64,000 nucleotides of DNA, from positions 91,512,001 to 91,576,000 of the forward strand of contig JAGIQG010000009.1 in the NCBI GenBank assembly GCA_024679065.1. Reading direction: 5' to 3'. Shown here in pieces: positions 23,301 to 35,320 of the stretch (its first letter is position 1; each line of letters opens with the position of its first letter). The notes under the pieces were generated by a model, which made no database searches, was not told the origin of the DNA, and saw only the letters and a program-made list of their open reading frames with translations. The translations under genes and the position numbers were made by a program. Source of the DNA: Sphyrna mokarran (lineage: Eukaryota).

Positions 23301-26300
23301 TTATCTATTGTCACAAATACACATCTGGCTCACTAATGTCCTTTAGGGAAGAAAATCTGCCATCCTTACCTGGTCTGGTCTACACGTGAGTCCAGACCCA
23401 CAGCAATATGGTTGAGACTTAAATGCTCTCAGGAATGGGTAATAAATGCTGGCCCAGCCAGTAACACCCACATTCCAGGAATAAATAAAAAAGCCCCCCA
23501 CCCCACCCCAGCAACATTGCAGCCCCTGAGTATCCGGTGCCCCCTTTCCCCTGAACTCCAGGGGAATCACCAGTGATTCCTAGTTTGGAAAAGTCTAGGA
23601 ATCACCAGGCAGGAATATTCCAATTTAAATTTCACTCCCAGCTGTGGCTGCCTGGAAACACTCTCACCTCTGACTCAGTATGTTCTGGATTGAAGCTCCC
23701 GTTCCAGAGACTGGGCTGCACACACAATGTATTACTGACAGAATGCTGCACTGTCAGAGGATCAGTCCTGAGGGAGAACTTTCCTCACAGATTAATGGAA
23801 TGGATCCCGGGACAGAGCAGGATGATCAGAAACTGGATCAATACTGATCCCTGAGACAACATCATCCATGTAGATTGTCTAATCAGAGTTTCCTGCACCA
23901 TAACAATGAGGACACTAGAAAAGGTATTTCATTGGCTGGAAAGAGCTTTGGTGCATCCTGGTGTTGTGAAGTCTTTCTGTATCTGCTTTCTCTCTCACAC
24001 CTTTTGTCAAAATACATTGGTAACTTTGGAACCTAACATCACTGCTCCCAAATCAAAGTACGGATTTTAATTTATTAAGAATAGAAGAACCAGGAGCAGG
24101 AGTCGGCCATTCAATAAGATCATGGCCGATCTTCTTGTAGACTCAGCTTCACTTACCCGCCCACTCACTGTAACCCTTAATTCCTTTACTGTTCAAAAAT
24201 GTATCTATCCTTGTCTTAAAAACATTCAGTGAGGAAGCCTCAACTACTTCACTGGGTAGGGAATTCCACAGATAAACAACCCTTTGTGTGAAGAAGTTCC
24301 TCCTCAACTCAGTCCTAAACCTGCTTCCCCTTATTTTAAGGCTATGCCCCCAAGTTCTAGTTTCACCCGCCGGTGGAAACAACTTTCCTGCTTCTATCTT
24401 ATCTGTTCCCTTCATAATGTTAGATGTTTCGATAAGATCTCCTGTCATTCTTCTGAACACCAAAGAGTATAGCTCCAGTCTATTCAGTTTTTTCTCATAA
24501 GCCAACCCTCTCAACTGTGAATCTCCTCTGCACCCCTTCCAGTGCCAGTATATCCTTTCTCAAATAAGGAATCCAAAACTGGTGAGGTATATCCTCAGCA
24601 GCACCTTATACAGCTGCAACATAATCTCACTGTTTTTAAACTCCATCCCTCTGGCAATGAAGAACAAAATCCCATTTGCCTTTTTGATGACCTGCTGCAA
24701 CCGTAACCCAACACTTTGAGATTCCTGCACAAGGACATTGCCTCCCTTTGCACAGCAGCATGCTGCAACTTTTTATCATTCAAATAATAGTCCATTTTGC
24801 TGTTATTCTGACCAAAATAATTGACCTCACATTTACCAACATGGTGCTCCATCTGCCAGATCCTTGCCCATCACTTAGTTTATCTATATCCCTTTGCAGA
24901 CTTTCAGCATCCTCTGCACACTTTGCACTTCCACCCATCTTATTGTCATCTGCGAATTTTGACACACTACACTTGGTCTCCAACTCCAAATCATCCATGT
25001 AAATTGTAAACAATTATAAACAATTGTAAACAATAAACAATTGTAAACAATAAACAATTGTAAACAATGTCACAACATTGATCCCTGAGGCCACTAGTCA
25101 CTGATCACCAGAAAAACATCCATTTAGCCCCACTCTGCTTTCTGTTAGTTAACCAATCTGGGGTGTTAAAAGGGCAAAAAGGTGGCATGAAATGATTTTG
25201 GCAGATAGGATTAAGGAAAATCCAAAGGCTTTTTACTCCTGTGTTAGGAATAAAAGGGTGGTTAGTGGAAAAATTGGATCTCTTAGAGACAGAGGAGGGG
25301 AACTGTGCTGAGAGCCCGAGGGAATGGCGGAGATCCTGAATGAATACTTTGCGTCAGTATTCACGAAGGCGAGGGGCTTGTTGACAGCTCCTGTCTTTGA
25401 GGGAGCCGTGAACCAGTTGAGGGAAATATCCATACCGAGTGAGGAAGTGTTCGAGCTTCTAGGTAGCATCAAAACTGATAAATCTCCAGGGCCTGATGGC
25501 ATTTATCCCAGGCTGCTTAGGGAGGTGCGAGGTGAAATTGCTGGGCCTCTGACGCTTGTCTCTTCTTTGGACACAGGTGAGGTCCCAGAGGACTGGAGAA
25601 TAGCTAATGTTGTAAAGTTGTTTCAAAAGGGTAGTAGGGATAACCCTGGAAATTATAGGCCGGTGAGTTTGGCGTCAGTGGTAGGGAAGCTGTTGGAGGA
25701 GATTCTTAGAGATAGGATGTATAGGCACTTAGAGCGTTGCGATCTGATTAGGGATACACAGCATGGATTTGTTAAGGGGAGGTCGTGCCTTACAAATCTG
25801 GTAGAATTTTTTGAGGAGGTGACGAAAACGGTCGACGAAGGGCGAGCCGATGATGTCGTCAATATGGATTTCAGTGAGGCGTTTGACAAAGTCCCTCATG
25901 GGAGGTTAGTTGAGACGGTCAAGACTAATGGGATACAGGGACAGGTAGCTGCATAGATAAGTAACTGGCTTAGTAATAGGAGACAGAGAATAATAGTGGA
26001 AGGGTGTTCTTCTAGCTGGAGGTCGGTCACTAGTAGTGTGCCGCAGACTTCTATTTGTAATGTATATAAATGACTTGGAAGAGGGAGTAAGTGGAGTGAT
26101 CAGCAAGTTTGCAGACGATACAAAGATGGCTGGACTTGCGGACAGTGAGGAGCATTGTCAGGCGATGCAGCAGGACATAGATAGGCTGGTAGCTTGGGCA
26201 GACAGATGGCAGATGGAATTCAATCCTGATAAATGCGAGATGATGCATTTTGGGAGAAAGAATGCAGAGGGGAGGTATATGATAAAGGGTAGACCTATTA

Positions 26301-29300
26301 AGATTATAGAACCGCAGAGGCACCCTGGGGGGCAGGTGCACAATTCTCTGAAGGTGGCAGAGCAAGTTGGGAGAAGGTTGTGAAGAAAGCATATGGTATG
26401 CTAGCCTTTATAGGAAAGGGATATAGAGATAAAGAGCTGGCATTTAATGTTGCAGTTGTATAAAACGTTGGTTAGACCTCATTTGGAATACTGTGTCCAG
26501 TTCTGGTCACCCTACGACAGGAAGGAATCGTGGAGACTCTGGAGAGAGTGCAGAGGAGGTTTACCAGGATGCTGCCTGGTATGGAAGGTCTGAGTTACGA
26601 GGAGAGGTTAGGCAAATTGGGACTGTTTTCCTTAGAAAAACGTAGACTTAGAGGAGATCTAATAGAGGTGTACAAGATTATGAGGGGTATAGATAGAGTA
26701 AACAGGGTTAAGCTTTCTCCTAGGATGGACTCAAATAGCACAAGGGGTCACAAGCGTAGGGTGAGGGGGGTAAGGTATAATTTGGATGCTAGAGGGAGTT
26801 TTTTCACACAGAGGGTGGTGCGGGTATGGAATGCGCTGCCAAGTAAAGTGGTGGAGGCAGGTACTCTGGAGTTATTTAGAAATACTTAGATGGGCACATG
26901 AACAGAATGGGAATGGAGGGGTGTAGAAAACTGATTTAAAATAGGGATCATGAGCTTTGGGAGTGCCTGGGAAGTGTGTAAATAGATGATGATATTGATG
27001 TACTTGTTTTTATCCTACAGGTGCTTTGGTTCACCTTGTTGTCTAACGAGGGGCATACACGCGATGGATCGTGAGAGGGCTGCTCTTGGATCTTTTTCAA
27101 GAGTATCCTAGTGCTTCACGTCGTTAGTGTATGCTTGACCTGGACCATTTGATGAGCAACACGAGAGCTCAATGACTGTCGTTGTGCTGTTCAGATACAT
27201 GGATTTGGGCCTGTGTCTGTGGGAGTTGGTGCATTCTCCCCATGCTTGCATGGGTTTTCTCCGGGTGCTCCGGTTTCCTCCCACATCCCAATTAGTTCTT
27301 CGGGTATTGGCAAAACAAATTCTCCCTAAATTGTCTCAAATTTTGTTTTTAACCCATAGATCTATAAGCATGGACTGGGATCACGGGTAGAGGTGGGAAC
27401 ATCGGGGTGGCGGCGTGGGCTCGTTGGGCTGAAGGGCATGTTTCCCGTGCTGTTTTGTTCTTTGTTCAATCCTCTATCCATGCTAATACCCATAACACTG
27501 TGCATCTTTATCTTATGAAGCAGTCTTTGGTGTGGCACCTTGTGAAATATCTTCTGGAAATACAGATACATCACATCCACAGGTTCCCCATTGTCCACTG
27601 CACATGTAATGTTTTCAAAGAATTCCACCAAATTCATCAAACATGACCTGCCCTTCATGAACCCATGCTGTGTCTTACCAATGGAACAATTTATATCCAG
27701 ATGTGTTGCTATTCCTTCCTTTGTGATAGATTCAAGCATTTTTCATACTACAGAAGTTAAGTTTACCGGCCTATAGTTACCTGCCTTTTATCCACCTCCT
27801 TTTTGAACAATGGTGTCACATTTGCTGTGTTCCAATCTCCAGGAACCACCCCAGAGTCCTGTGAATTTTGGTAAATTACCACTCGTGGAATTGCTATTTC
27901 TCTCGCCATCTCTTCTAGTATCCTGAGATGCATTCCATCAGGACCAGGAAATTTGTCTATTTTTAGCCCCATTAACTTGACCAATTTTACATCTTTCATG
28001 ATAATGATGGTTTCTGGGTTCTCACCTCCAAAGCTTTCTTCCCACAGCCTTTTTGGCATGTTATTTCTGTCTTCCACTGTGAAGACCCACACAAAATACC
28101 ACTCAATGCCTCAGTCTTTTTCTCATTTCCAGTTATTACATATCTCTTCTCATCCTCTAAAGGATTCATGTTTACTTTCACCACTCTTTTTCATTTTTAT
28201 ATTGAGAGAAACGTTTGCTCTCTGTTTTTAATATTCTGAGCTAGTTTACCCTCATTCTCCATATTACCTTTCTTTAGCTTTTCTCATGGCTTTCTGTTGA
28301 CCTTTAAAGATTTCTCCATCCTCCAGTTTCTCACTAATCTTTGCCACTTTGTCTGCATTTTCTTTCAATTTGATTCCCTCTTTTATTTCCTCAGATATCC
28401 ATGGCTGATTATCTCTTTTTCTCCAGTCCTTCCTTATCACTGGTGTATACTTTTGCTGAATACTGTGAAAGATTGCTTTGAAAGTCCTCCTCATGCTCCA
28501 TCTATACTTTAAATTCAACCATACTATGATCGCTTCTTCAAAGAAGATCCCCTACGAGATCATTCATTATTCCCGACTCATTCCCCAGGATAACTTGCTC
28601 CCTCATCGGTTCCATTCCATACTGTTCAAGGAAGCTATCGTGGATACATTCTATGAACTCCTCCTCAAGGCTGCCTTGACCGACCTGGTTTGACCAATTG
28701 ATACTGAGATTAAAATCCCCCATGATAATTGCTGTACCATTTTTACATCCATCAGTTATTTCTTTGTTTATTTCTTGCCCCACAGTGATGTCATTATTTG
28801 TTGATTTATAGACTACGCCAATCAGTGACTTTTTCTCCTTACTATTTCTAATTTCCACCCAAATGGATTCAATCTTTTTTCCATGGAGCCTATTTCATTT
28901 TTCACTATCGCTCTGATATCATCCTTAAATATCACAGTCACACCCCCTCTCTTAACTTCTTGTCAATCCCTCCAAACAGTTTGATACCCCTCGATGTGCA
29001 ACTCCCAGTCGTGACCATCCTGGAACTCTGTCTCTGTAATAGCCACCAAATCATACTTGTTCACAATGATTTGTGCTGTCAATTCATTTACCTTGTTTTG
29101 AATGCTGCTGGCATTCAGATAAAGTGGCCTTATGCTTGTTTTTGTATCTTCTTTTTGAATTCTAACACTTCCATTAATATCATCTCCTCAGTTCTTCTTC
29201 CTTTTAACTTTGTTCCTGATTTTTGATGTAGTTGGATCTTTCTCCCCACGTTTTGTCCTTGCTCCTCCTTCTCGGACTCCTTACATAGGTTCCCATCCCC

Positions 29301-32300
29301 CTGGCATTATTAGTTTAAACCCTCCCCAACTATCTAGCAAACCCTTGGGCATCAATCCCAGTACTCAGGTGTAACCTGTCCAATTTATACAGGTCCCACT
29401 TCCCCCAGAACCAGTCCCAATGCCCCAAGAATCTGAAACCCTTTCCCTGATACCATCTCTTCAACCATGTATTTATACGATATTTCCTCTCATTTCTACT
29501 CTAACACGTAGCACCGCTAATAATCCTGAAATCACTACCTTTAAGATCCAACTTCTTAACTTTCTTCCTAGCTCCCTATATTCTGCTTTTAGGACCTCAT
29601 ACTTTTTTTTAACCTGTGTCACTTGTACCAACATGTGCTACAACCATGGGGTGTTCACCCTCCCCTTCACAATGTCCTGCAGCTGCTCTGAGACACCCTT
29701 GACCCTAACACCACGGAGGCAACATACAATCTTGAAGTCTCGTTTGCAGCCATAGGAATGCCTGTCTATTGCCCTTACAATTGAATCCACTATATCTATT
29801 GCACTGGCACACTTTTTACCACTCCCCTCTGCAACAGAACCAACCTTGGTGCAAGCCGCTGTTGCTTTCCCTGGAGACATCATTCCCCTCAACAGTATCC
29901 AAAGCGGTATATCTGTTTTATAGGGGAATGGTCACTGGAGATTCCTGCACTACCTGCCTATCTCTCTTGCTCTGTCTGATGGTCACCCATTCTTTTCCTG
30001 CCTGTGGGGTCTGAGCCTGCAGTGTGACCAACTCTCTATACCTGCTATCCACAATACTCTCTGACTCACTGATGCTCCACGGTGTCTCCATCCGCCGCTC
30101 CAGTTCTGAAACTAGAGCTTCCAGGAGCTGTAGCTGGAGACACTTCCCCTACACATACTGACCCAGGAGACTGGAACTGTCCCCAGCCTGCCACATGGAG
30201 CAAGAGGAGTAAACCACTGCTTGGAGCTCTCCTGTCATGACTTACCTCTTTCAATTAAACTTTTGAAAGACGTTTTGTTTCAGGTATATACAATTTTCTT
30301 TCTTTCCTGCTCCTTGTTACTACCGAGTATAATCCTTTCAAACTATAAACGACAGAAATTACACAGAAACACAAAACTGGTGTACAGCAACTACAATACC
30401 AAGAGCAAAAAGAAACAATATTTATCAATCAGCACTCTCGCTTGTAGCCTCTGCTGCCTGTTTCACCTAACTCCCTGTGTTCATCCAACTCCCAAAGCAC
30501 TCCTCACAGTCAGACAGCACTCTGTACAGGAAAAATATGATGTGGAAATGCCAGCATTAGATTGGGGTAAACACAGTAATAAGTCTCACAACACAAGGTT
30601 AAAGTCTGAAGGTTTATTTGACAATAAACATCCTTCTTTACATGATTGCAGAGTTCTGAGTGGAGAACTCTCCACTCACCTGATGAAAGAACAGCATTCC
30701 AAGAGCTAGTGGCGTTTATTTTCAAATAAACCTTTTGGACTTTAAAGTGGTGTTGTGAGACTTCTTACAGGAAAAACATAACATTGAGGCGGCCAGGAGC
30801 TGAACCTGGAATCTTCTGATCTTGTTTTCTGCTGTTAGTATTTTATCTATTCCTCATTGGTACTATAAAATATTTGATTACTAAATCTCCTGTGTTATCT
30901 ACAGCTCTGCCTGTCAATTTTTAATGGTTCCATATCTCACAGAATCACTCATTTACTGTTAATATATTTCAATAAACTTTTACCATTAGTCTTTATATTA
31001 CTTACACATTTTCACAACGTCTTTTATCTCAATTTAATCTTTCTGTTCCTCCATCTTTCCCTCTGTTTCTGGACACTTCCACTTTAATTGCTCCAAGCTT
31101 CTCTGATCAGGGTGTTTTAAACATACAAACATGGAGCAGGATTTGGCCATTCGGCCCCTCGAGTCTGCTCTGTCATTCTGTGGCTGATGTGATTGTGATC
31201 AGAACTCTACTTTCCTCTCAATCTCTCTGTACACTTTCACTCCCTTGTCAGTCATGATATTATCTAACATTTATATCTGACAGATACACAATAATGTCTG
31301 AGTGAACATAGAGCATAGAACATTACAGAGCAGAACAGGCCCTTCGGCCTTCGATGTTGCGCCGACCAATTAGGAACTAGCAGTGACCCTCTAACCTAAA
31401 CCATTCCCTTTTCATCCATAAACTTATCTACTAACCTCTTAAACGCCACCATACGTGGCGCATCAAGAACTGACGCAGGCAGGGCATTCCATACTCTTAC
31501 CACCCTCTGGGTAAAGAACCTACCTCTGACATCTGTCCTATAACCACCACCCCTTAATTTAAAGCTATGTCCCCTCGTGCTAGCTATCTCCATCCTAGGA
31601 AAAAGGCTATCACTGTCCACCCTATCTAAACCTCTAATTATCTTATATGTTTCAATAAGGTCTCCTCTTAGCCGCCTTCTTTCTAACGAAAACAACCTGA
31701 AATCCCTCAGCCTCTCTTCATAAGACCTGCCTTCCAAACCAGGCAACATCCTGGTAAACCTCCTCTGTACCCTCTCCAATGCCTCCATATCTTTCTTATA
31801 ATGCGGGGATCGGAACCGCACACAATACTACAAGTGCAGTCGCACTAGAGTTTTGTACAGTTGCAACATGACGTTGCAGCTCCGAAATTCAATCCCTCTA
31901 CCAATAAAACCTAAGACTCCATATGCCTTCTTAACAACCTTATCGACTTGATTGCCAACTTTCAGAGATCTATGCACACATACACCAAGATCCCTCTGTT
32001 CATCAACACTATTAAGAGTCCTACCGTTAGCCCGATACTCTACACATTTGTTATTCCTGCCAAAGTGAATTACCTCACACTTCTCCACATTAAACTCCAT
32101 TTGCCACCTCTCGGCCCAGCTCTGCAACTTGTCCAAGTCTCTCTGCAAACTAGAACACCCCTCTTCACTATCTACCACTCCTCCGACTTTGGTGTCATCT
32201 GCAAATTTACTAATCCATCCTTCAATACCCTCATCCAGATCATTTATAAAAATTACAAACAGCAGGGGCCCCAAAACAGACCCCTGAGGTACACCACTTG

Positions 32301-34989
32301 TCACCGAACTCCACGATGAATATCTCCCATCAACCACCACCCTCTGTCTTCTATCTGCTAGCCAATTCCTAACCCAATTAGCTAAATCACCCTCAATCCC
32401 ATACATCTGCATTTTCTGCAGAAGTCTTCCATGGGCCACCTTATTGAACGCCTTACTAAAGTCCATATATACCACATCAACTGCCTTACCCCCATCCACC
32501 TCTTTGGTCACTTTTTCAAAAAACTCAATAAAGTTAGTAAGGCACGACCTACCCTTCACAAAACCATGCTGACTATCCCCAATCAATTCATTTCTCTCTA
32601 AATAACTATAAATCTATAACTATAACTAAATAACTATAAAAAACTATAAATCCTATCCCTAATAATTCTCTCCAATACTTTGCCCACAACAGAAGTAAGA
32701 CTCACCGGCCTATAATTCCCCGGAAAGTCTCTCTTCCCCTTCTTGAACAATGGGACCACATTCGCTATCCTCCAGTCTTCTGGCACTATACCCGTAACCA
32801 ACGACAACCTGAAGATCAGAGCCAGAGGCTCTGCAATTGCCTCTCTCGCCTCCCAGAGAATCCTAGGGTAAATCCCGTCCGGCCCAGGGGACTTATCTAA
32901 CTTCAAACCCTCAAGAATATCTAGCACATCCTCCTTATCTACTTCAATACTTTCCAGTTTGCAACCCTGTATCCCAGTGTTCTCCACAACTACATTTACA
33001 TCTCCCTGCGTGAATACCGAAGAGAAATATTTGTTCAGTGCCTCTCCAATCTCTTCAGGCTCCACGCACAACTTCCCACTGCTGTCCATAACTGGCCCTA
33101 ACCAATCTTCTATTCTTAACATATCTAAAGAAAGCTTTAGGATTCTCTTGATCCTATCAGCCAAAGTCTTCTCGTGTCCCCTTTAGCCCTCCTCAACTCA
33201 CTCTTTAGCTCACTCCTGGCTAATCTATAGCTATCCATTGCACTAACTGAGCCTTCAAGCCTCATCCTTACATAAGCCTCCTTTTTCCTTTTAACCAGCG
33301 AATTAACTTTTTTAGTACACCATGGTTCCCTTACTCGACCATTTCCTCCTTGCCTGACAGGGACTTACTTATCAAGGACTCTCACTAGCTGCTCCTTGAA
33401 TAAGCTCCACATTTCAGATGTTCCCAGTCCCTATAGTTTCCTAGTCCAACCTATGCACCCTAATTCCCTCCTTATGGGCTCATAATTACCACTCCCCCAG
33501 CTGTAACTACTGCCCCCAGCTTCATGCCTATCCCTATCCATCACTAAGGTGAACGTAACCGAATTGTGGTCACTATCACCAAAATGTTCACCAACTTCCA
33601 AGTCTAACACCTGGTCTGGCTCATTGCCCAGCACCAAGTCCAATGTAGCCTCACCTCTAGTTGGCCTATCTACACACTGAGTCAAAAAACCTTCCTGCAC
33701 ACTTTGTACAAAAACTGACCCCTCTAACGAGCTAGAGCTATAGCTATTCCAATCAATACTAGTAAAGTTAAAGTCCCCCATAACAATTACCCTATTACTT
33801 TCACTCCTGTCCAGGATCGACTTTGCAATCCTTTCCTCTACCTCTCTAGAACTTTTAGGAGGACTATAAAAGACTCCCAACAGGGTGACCTCTCCTCTCC
33901 TGTTTCTAATCTCAGCCCATACTACCTCAACAGACAAGTCCTCATCAAACTTCCTTTCTGTCACTGTGATACAGTCTTTGACTAATAATGCCACTCCTCC
34001 CCCCCTTCTACCTCCTTCTCTACTCCGACTGAAGCATTTGAACCCCGGAACCTGCAACAACCATTCCTGTCCCTGCTCTATCCATGTCTCTGAAATGGCC
34101 ACAACATCGAAGTTCCAGGTACTGGTCCAAGCTGCAAGTTCCTCCACCTTATTGCAAATACTTCTTGCATTAAAATATACACATTTCAAACCATGCCCTA
34201 CTCCACCGGTACGCTGCTGTGCTTTACAGTTCACATCTATGACCCCACTGTTCTCGTCCCTCTTAACATCCAAACTACTCAGGATCCCACCCCACCTCTG
34301 AATCAGTTTAAAGCCCCCTGCATAGCCTTTGCAAATTTTCCCCCCAAGACATTGGTTCCCCTCTGGTTCAGGTGTAGACCATCTCTCTTTTACAGGTCCC
34401 ACCTATCCCAGAATGAGTCCCAATTGTTCAGGAACCTGAACCCCTCCCTCCTGCACCATCCCCGTAGCCACGAGTTCAAACATTCCCTCTCTCTGTTCTT
34501 CTCTAAACTATCCCGTGGCACAGGCAAGAGTCCAGAGATAACCACTTTGTCTGTTTTGGCCCTAATCTTCTACCCCAACTCCATAAATTTCTGTTTAATA
34601 TCCCCTTCCCTTGTCCTACCTACATCATGTGTCCCTACATGAACTATGACTTGGGGCTGACTCCCCTCTCCCTTAAGAATCTTAAAAACCCGCTCTGAGA
34701 CATCCTGGACCCCGGCCCCTGGGAGGCAACACACCAGCCCTGTGTCCCGTTTATGACTAATTACTCTCCTATCTGTCCCCCTAACTATGGAGTCCCCAAT
34801 TACCAGGCCCAATCTCTTATTCCCCCTACCCACCTGAGCATTCCCATTTCATCAGCCATTTCAAACTCTCACCAAAAGATTCAAATTCACCCCAGAGAGA
34901 GAGAGAGTGAGAACGGGAGAGTGAATTCTGTACTTACCGGGAGAGACCCAGGAAAAACACAGGGAGATGGAGAAAAGGATCAGCAACAT
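8314..34989 (-). CDS. Non-classical MHC class I heavy chain, gene A (7 coding exons, 342 aa)
   Basis: Exons 34938-34989, 16196-16456, 9854-10129, 9458-9736, 8984-9094, 8565-8596 and 8314-8331 all have AG/GT boundaries and sum to 1029 nt in one open frame. Class I motifs: EFWD, NQTS, FDGKDYI, LSCLVTGFYP, YSCQIEHSSL. Leader choice (34938 vs 39848) and the last two exons are inferred. Confidence 0.88.
8565..8596 (-). CDS. Gene A cytoplasmic exon (DSPSKTYTTAP)
   Basis: ttcacttctgcag acceptor, GTGAGT donor, YxxA motif; identical in gene B. Confidence 0.7.
8984..9094 (-). CDS. Gene A connecting peptide/transmembrane exon
   Basis: EISGNSGEWSHLGIIIGSVISALVVIFGIIIWKRQRR; hydrophobic helix plus basic stop-transfer; AG/GTAAG. 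Confidence 0.9.
9458..9736 (-). CDS. Gene A alpha3 (Ig C1) exon
   Basis: VQPEVF...LSCLVTGFYPVDIEVNW...PNHDGSHQ...YSCQIEHSSL; 279 nt, phase 1-1. Confidence 0.95.
9854..10129 (-). CDS. Gene A alpha2 exon
   Basis: GIHIFQW...FGFDGKDYISL...TKEKWD...LKKYLEAG; 276 nt, phase 1-1. Confidence 0.95.
10310..11050. mobile_element. GC-rich element fragment plus CR1 RT fragment (10934-11050, +) in gene A intron 2
   Basis: VDSEESYLQLQWDL...QMEFNFGKCEVMH; absent from gene B; identity of the GC-rich part is uncertain. Confidence 0.5.
11051..11088 (-). pseudogene. Truncated alpha2 exon remnant (GSHILQWI*SLQV) in gene A intron 2
   Basis: Aligns with the alpha2 5' end and its upstream intron in gene B (46941-47120); in-frame TGA; cut by a CR1 fragment. 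Confidence 0.75.
11230..16151. repeat. 35-bp palindromic minisatellite, ~140 units
   Basis: Consensus GGGGTCAGTGCTGGGGGACTGAGYTCAGTGTCCCA. Confidence 0.97.
16196..16456 (-). CDS. Gene A alpha1 exon
   Basis: DTDTLTVLYTAVSG...PEFWD...ITNQTSG; 261 nt, ttttacag acceptor, GTAAG donor, N86 sequon. Confidence 0.93.
16530..17010. repeat. Degenerate C-rich repeat (ATCACCACCCCCTCCCCG-like)
   Basis: Low-complexity tandem units; paralog ~47808-48090. Confidence 0.75.
18020..19940 (+). mobile_element. CR1 LINE ORF2 (RT) fragment, degenerate
   Basis: KSPGANGIYPR, QHGF...SCLTN, VPQGSVL, KFADDT, LVRPHLEY. Confidence 0.9.
21745..22145 (-). mobile_element. CR1 3' end with (ATAGAAC)n tail
   Basis: RVDSDSLFPRM...FFTQRVIREWNALP. 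Confidence 0.85.
22146..22226. repeat. (TGAATC)n microsatellite
   Basis: Direct observation. Confidence 0.9.
23175..23490 (+). mobile_element. tRNA-derived SINE
   Basis: B-box-like GGGTTCGAATCCC; paralog ~52490-52805. Confidence 0.6.
24078..30300 (-). mobile_element. Near full-length degenerate CR1 LINE, split by a nested CR1
   Basis: RT (KFADD, QHGFMKGRSC), endonuclease (MGDFN) and ORF1 fragments; interrupted at ~25158-27466. Confidence 0.85.
25159..27466 (+). mobile_element. Nested CR1 LINE with long 3' UTR
   Basis: KSPGPDGIYPR, NYRPVSLASVVGK, KFADDTK; (TGTTCTT)-type tail. Confidence 0.88.
31305..34840 (-). mobile_element. Relatively young CR1 LINE (ORF1 GDSL esterase, APE endonuclease, RT)
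   Basis: LVIGDSIVRG; YFNARSI...ISETW...MGDFN...SDHN; VPQGSVLGP...FADDTK; absent from the other two units. Confidence 0.92.
34938..34989 (-). CDS. Gene A proximal signal-peptide exon
   Basis: MLLILFSISLCFSWVSP + G|GTAAGT; phase matches alpha1. Confidence 0.8.
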
Positions 34990-35320
34990 TCTGGGAATCC
35001 ACTGTCCCAATTCCAATCAGTGACTGGGAATTAAACACTCTGAGGATGAAACAACTTTATAAACTAGAGGGAAAAACATGAAAAAACAAAAACTTTATCC
35101 AGACTCCATTTTCATGTCTAAATCGGACTTTGCTCATTTCCTTATTGCAGAACCAGAGGATGACTGATTGGTTAGTGTCAGAAACTTATCCAATTAAGGA
35201 GAGAAAGAGTCAGTCTGTTCCGAGTTACCAGGAGGATCAAACTCAGACAGGTTCAGATTCAGGCTGATAAAAATCTAATCTTTACCCAGCACCTTTCACA
35301 AAGTGAAACCTCCCCAAGGA
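34990..35320 (-). promoter_or_regulatory. Gene A promoter (TATA, CCAAT, Y, X, ISRE)
   Basis: TTTATAAA 35056-35063; ATTGG 35167-35171; CCAAT 35190-35194; X-like 35215-35232; AAAGTGAAACC 35300-35310. Confidence 0.7.

Larger units (their letters stand above)
17020..23565. mobile_element. Degenerate PIF/Harbinger transposon (Myb/SANT ORF on +, HARBI1-like transposase on -), interrupted by CR1s and a SINE
   Basis: Plus 17031-17132: VWEAV*SAIS...RSGDQCQKRMNNLL. Minus, with frameshifts: RLRLSKETVWHL, GHPLPVAVKVT, ALNFYTT, NYIHFNMDQAQQEARTAGF, DHRLNIMYVCVQHPGSV, WLVGDK. Confidence 0.75.
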
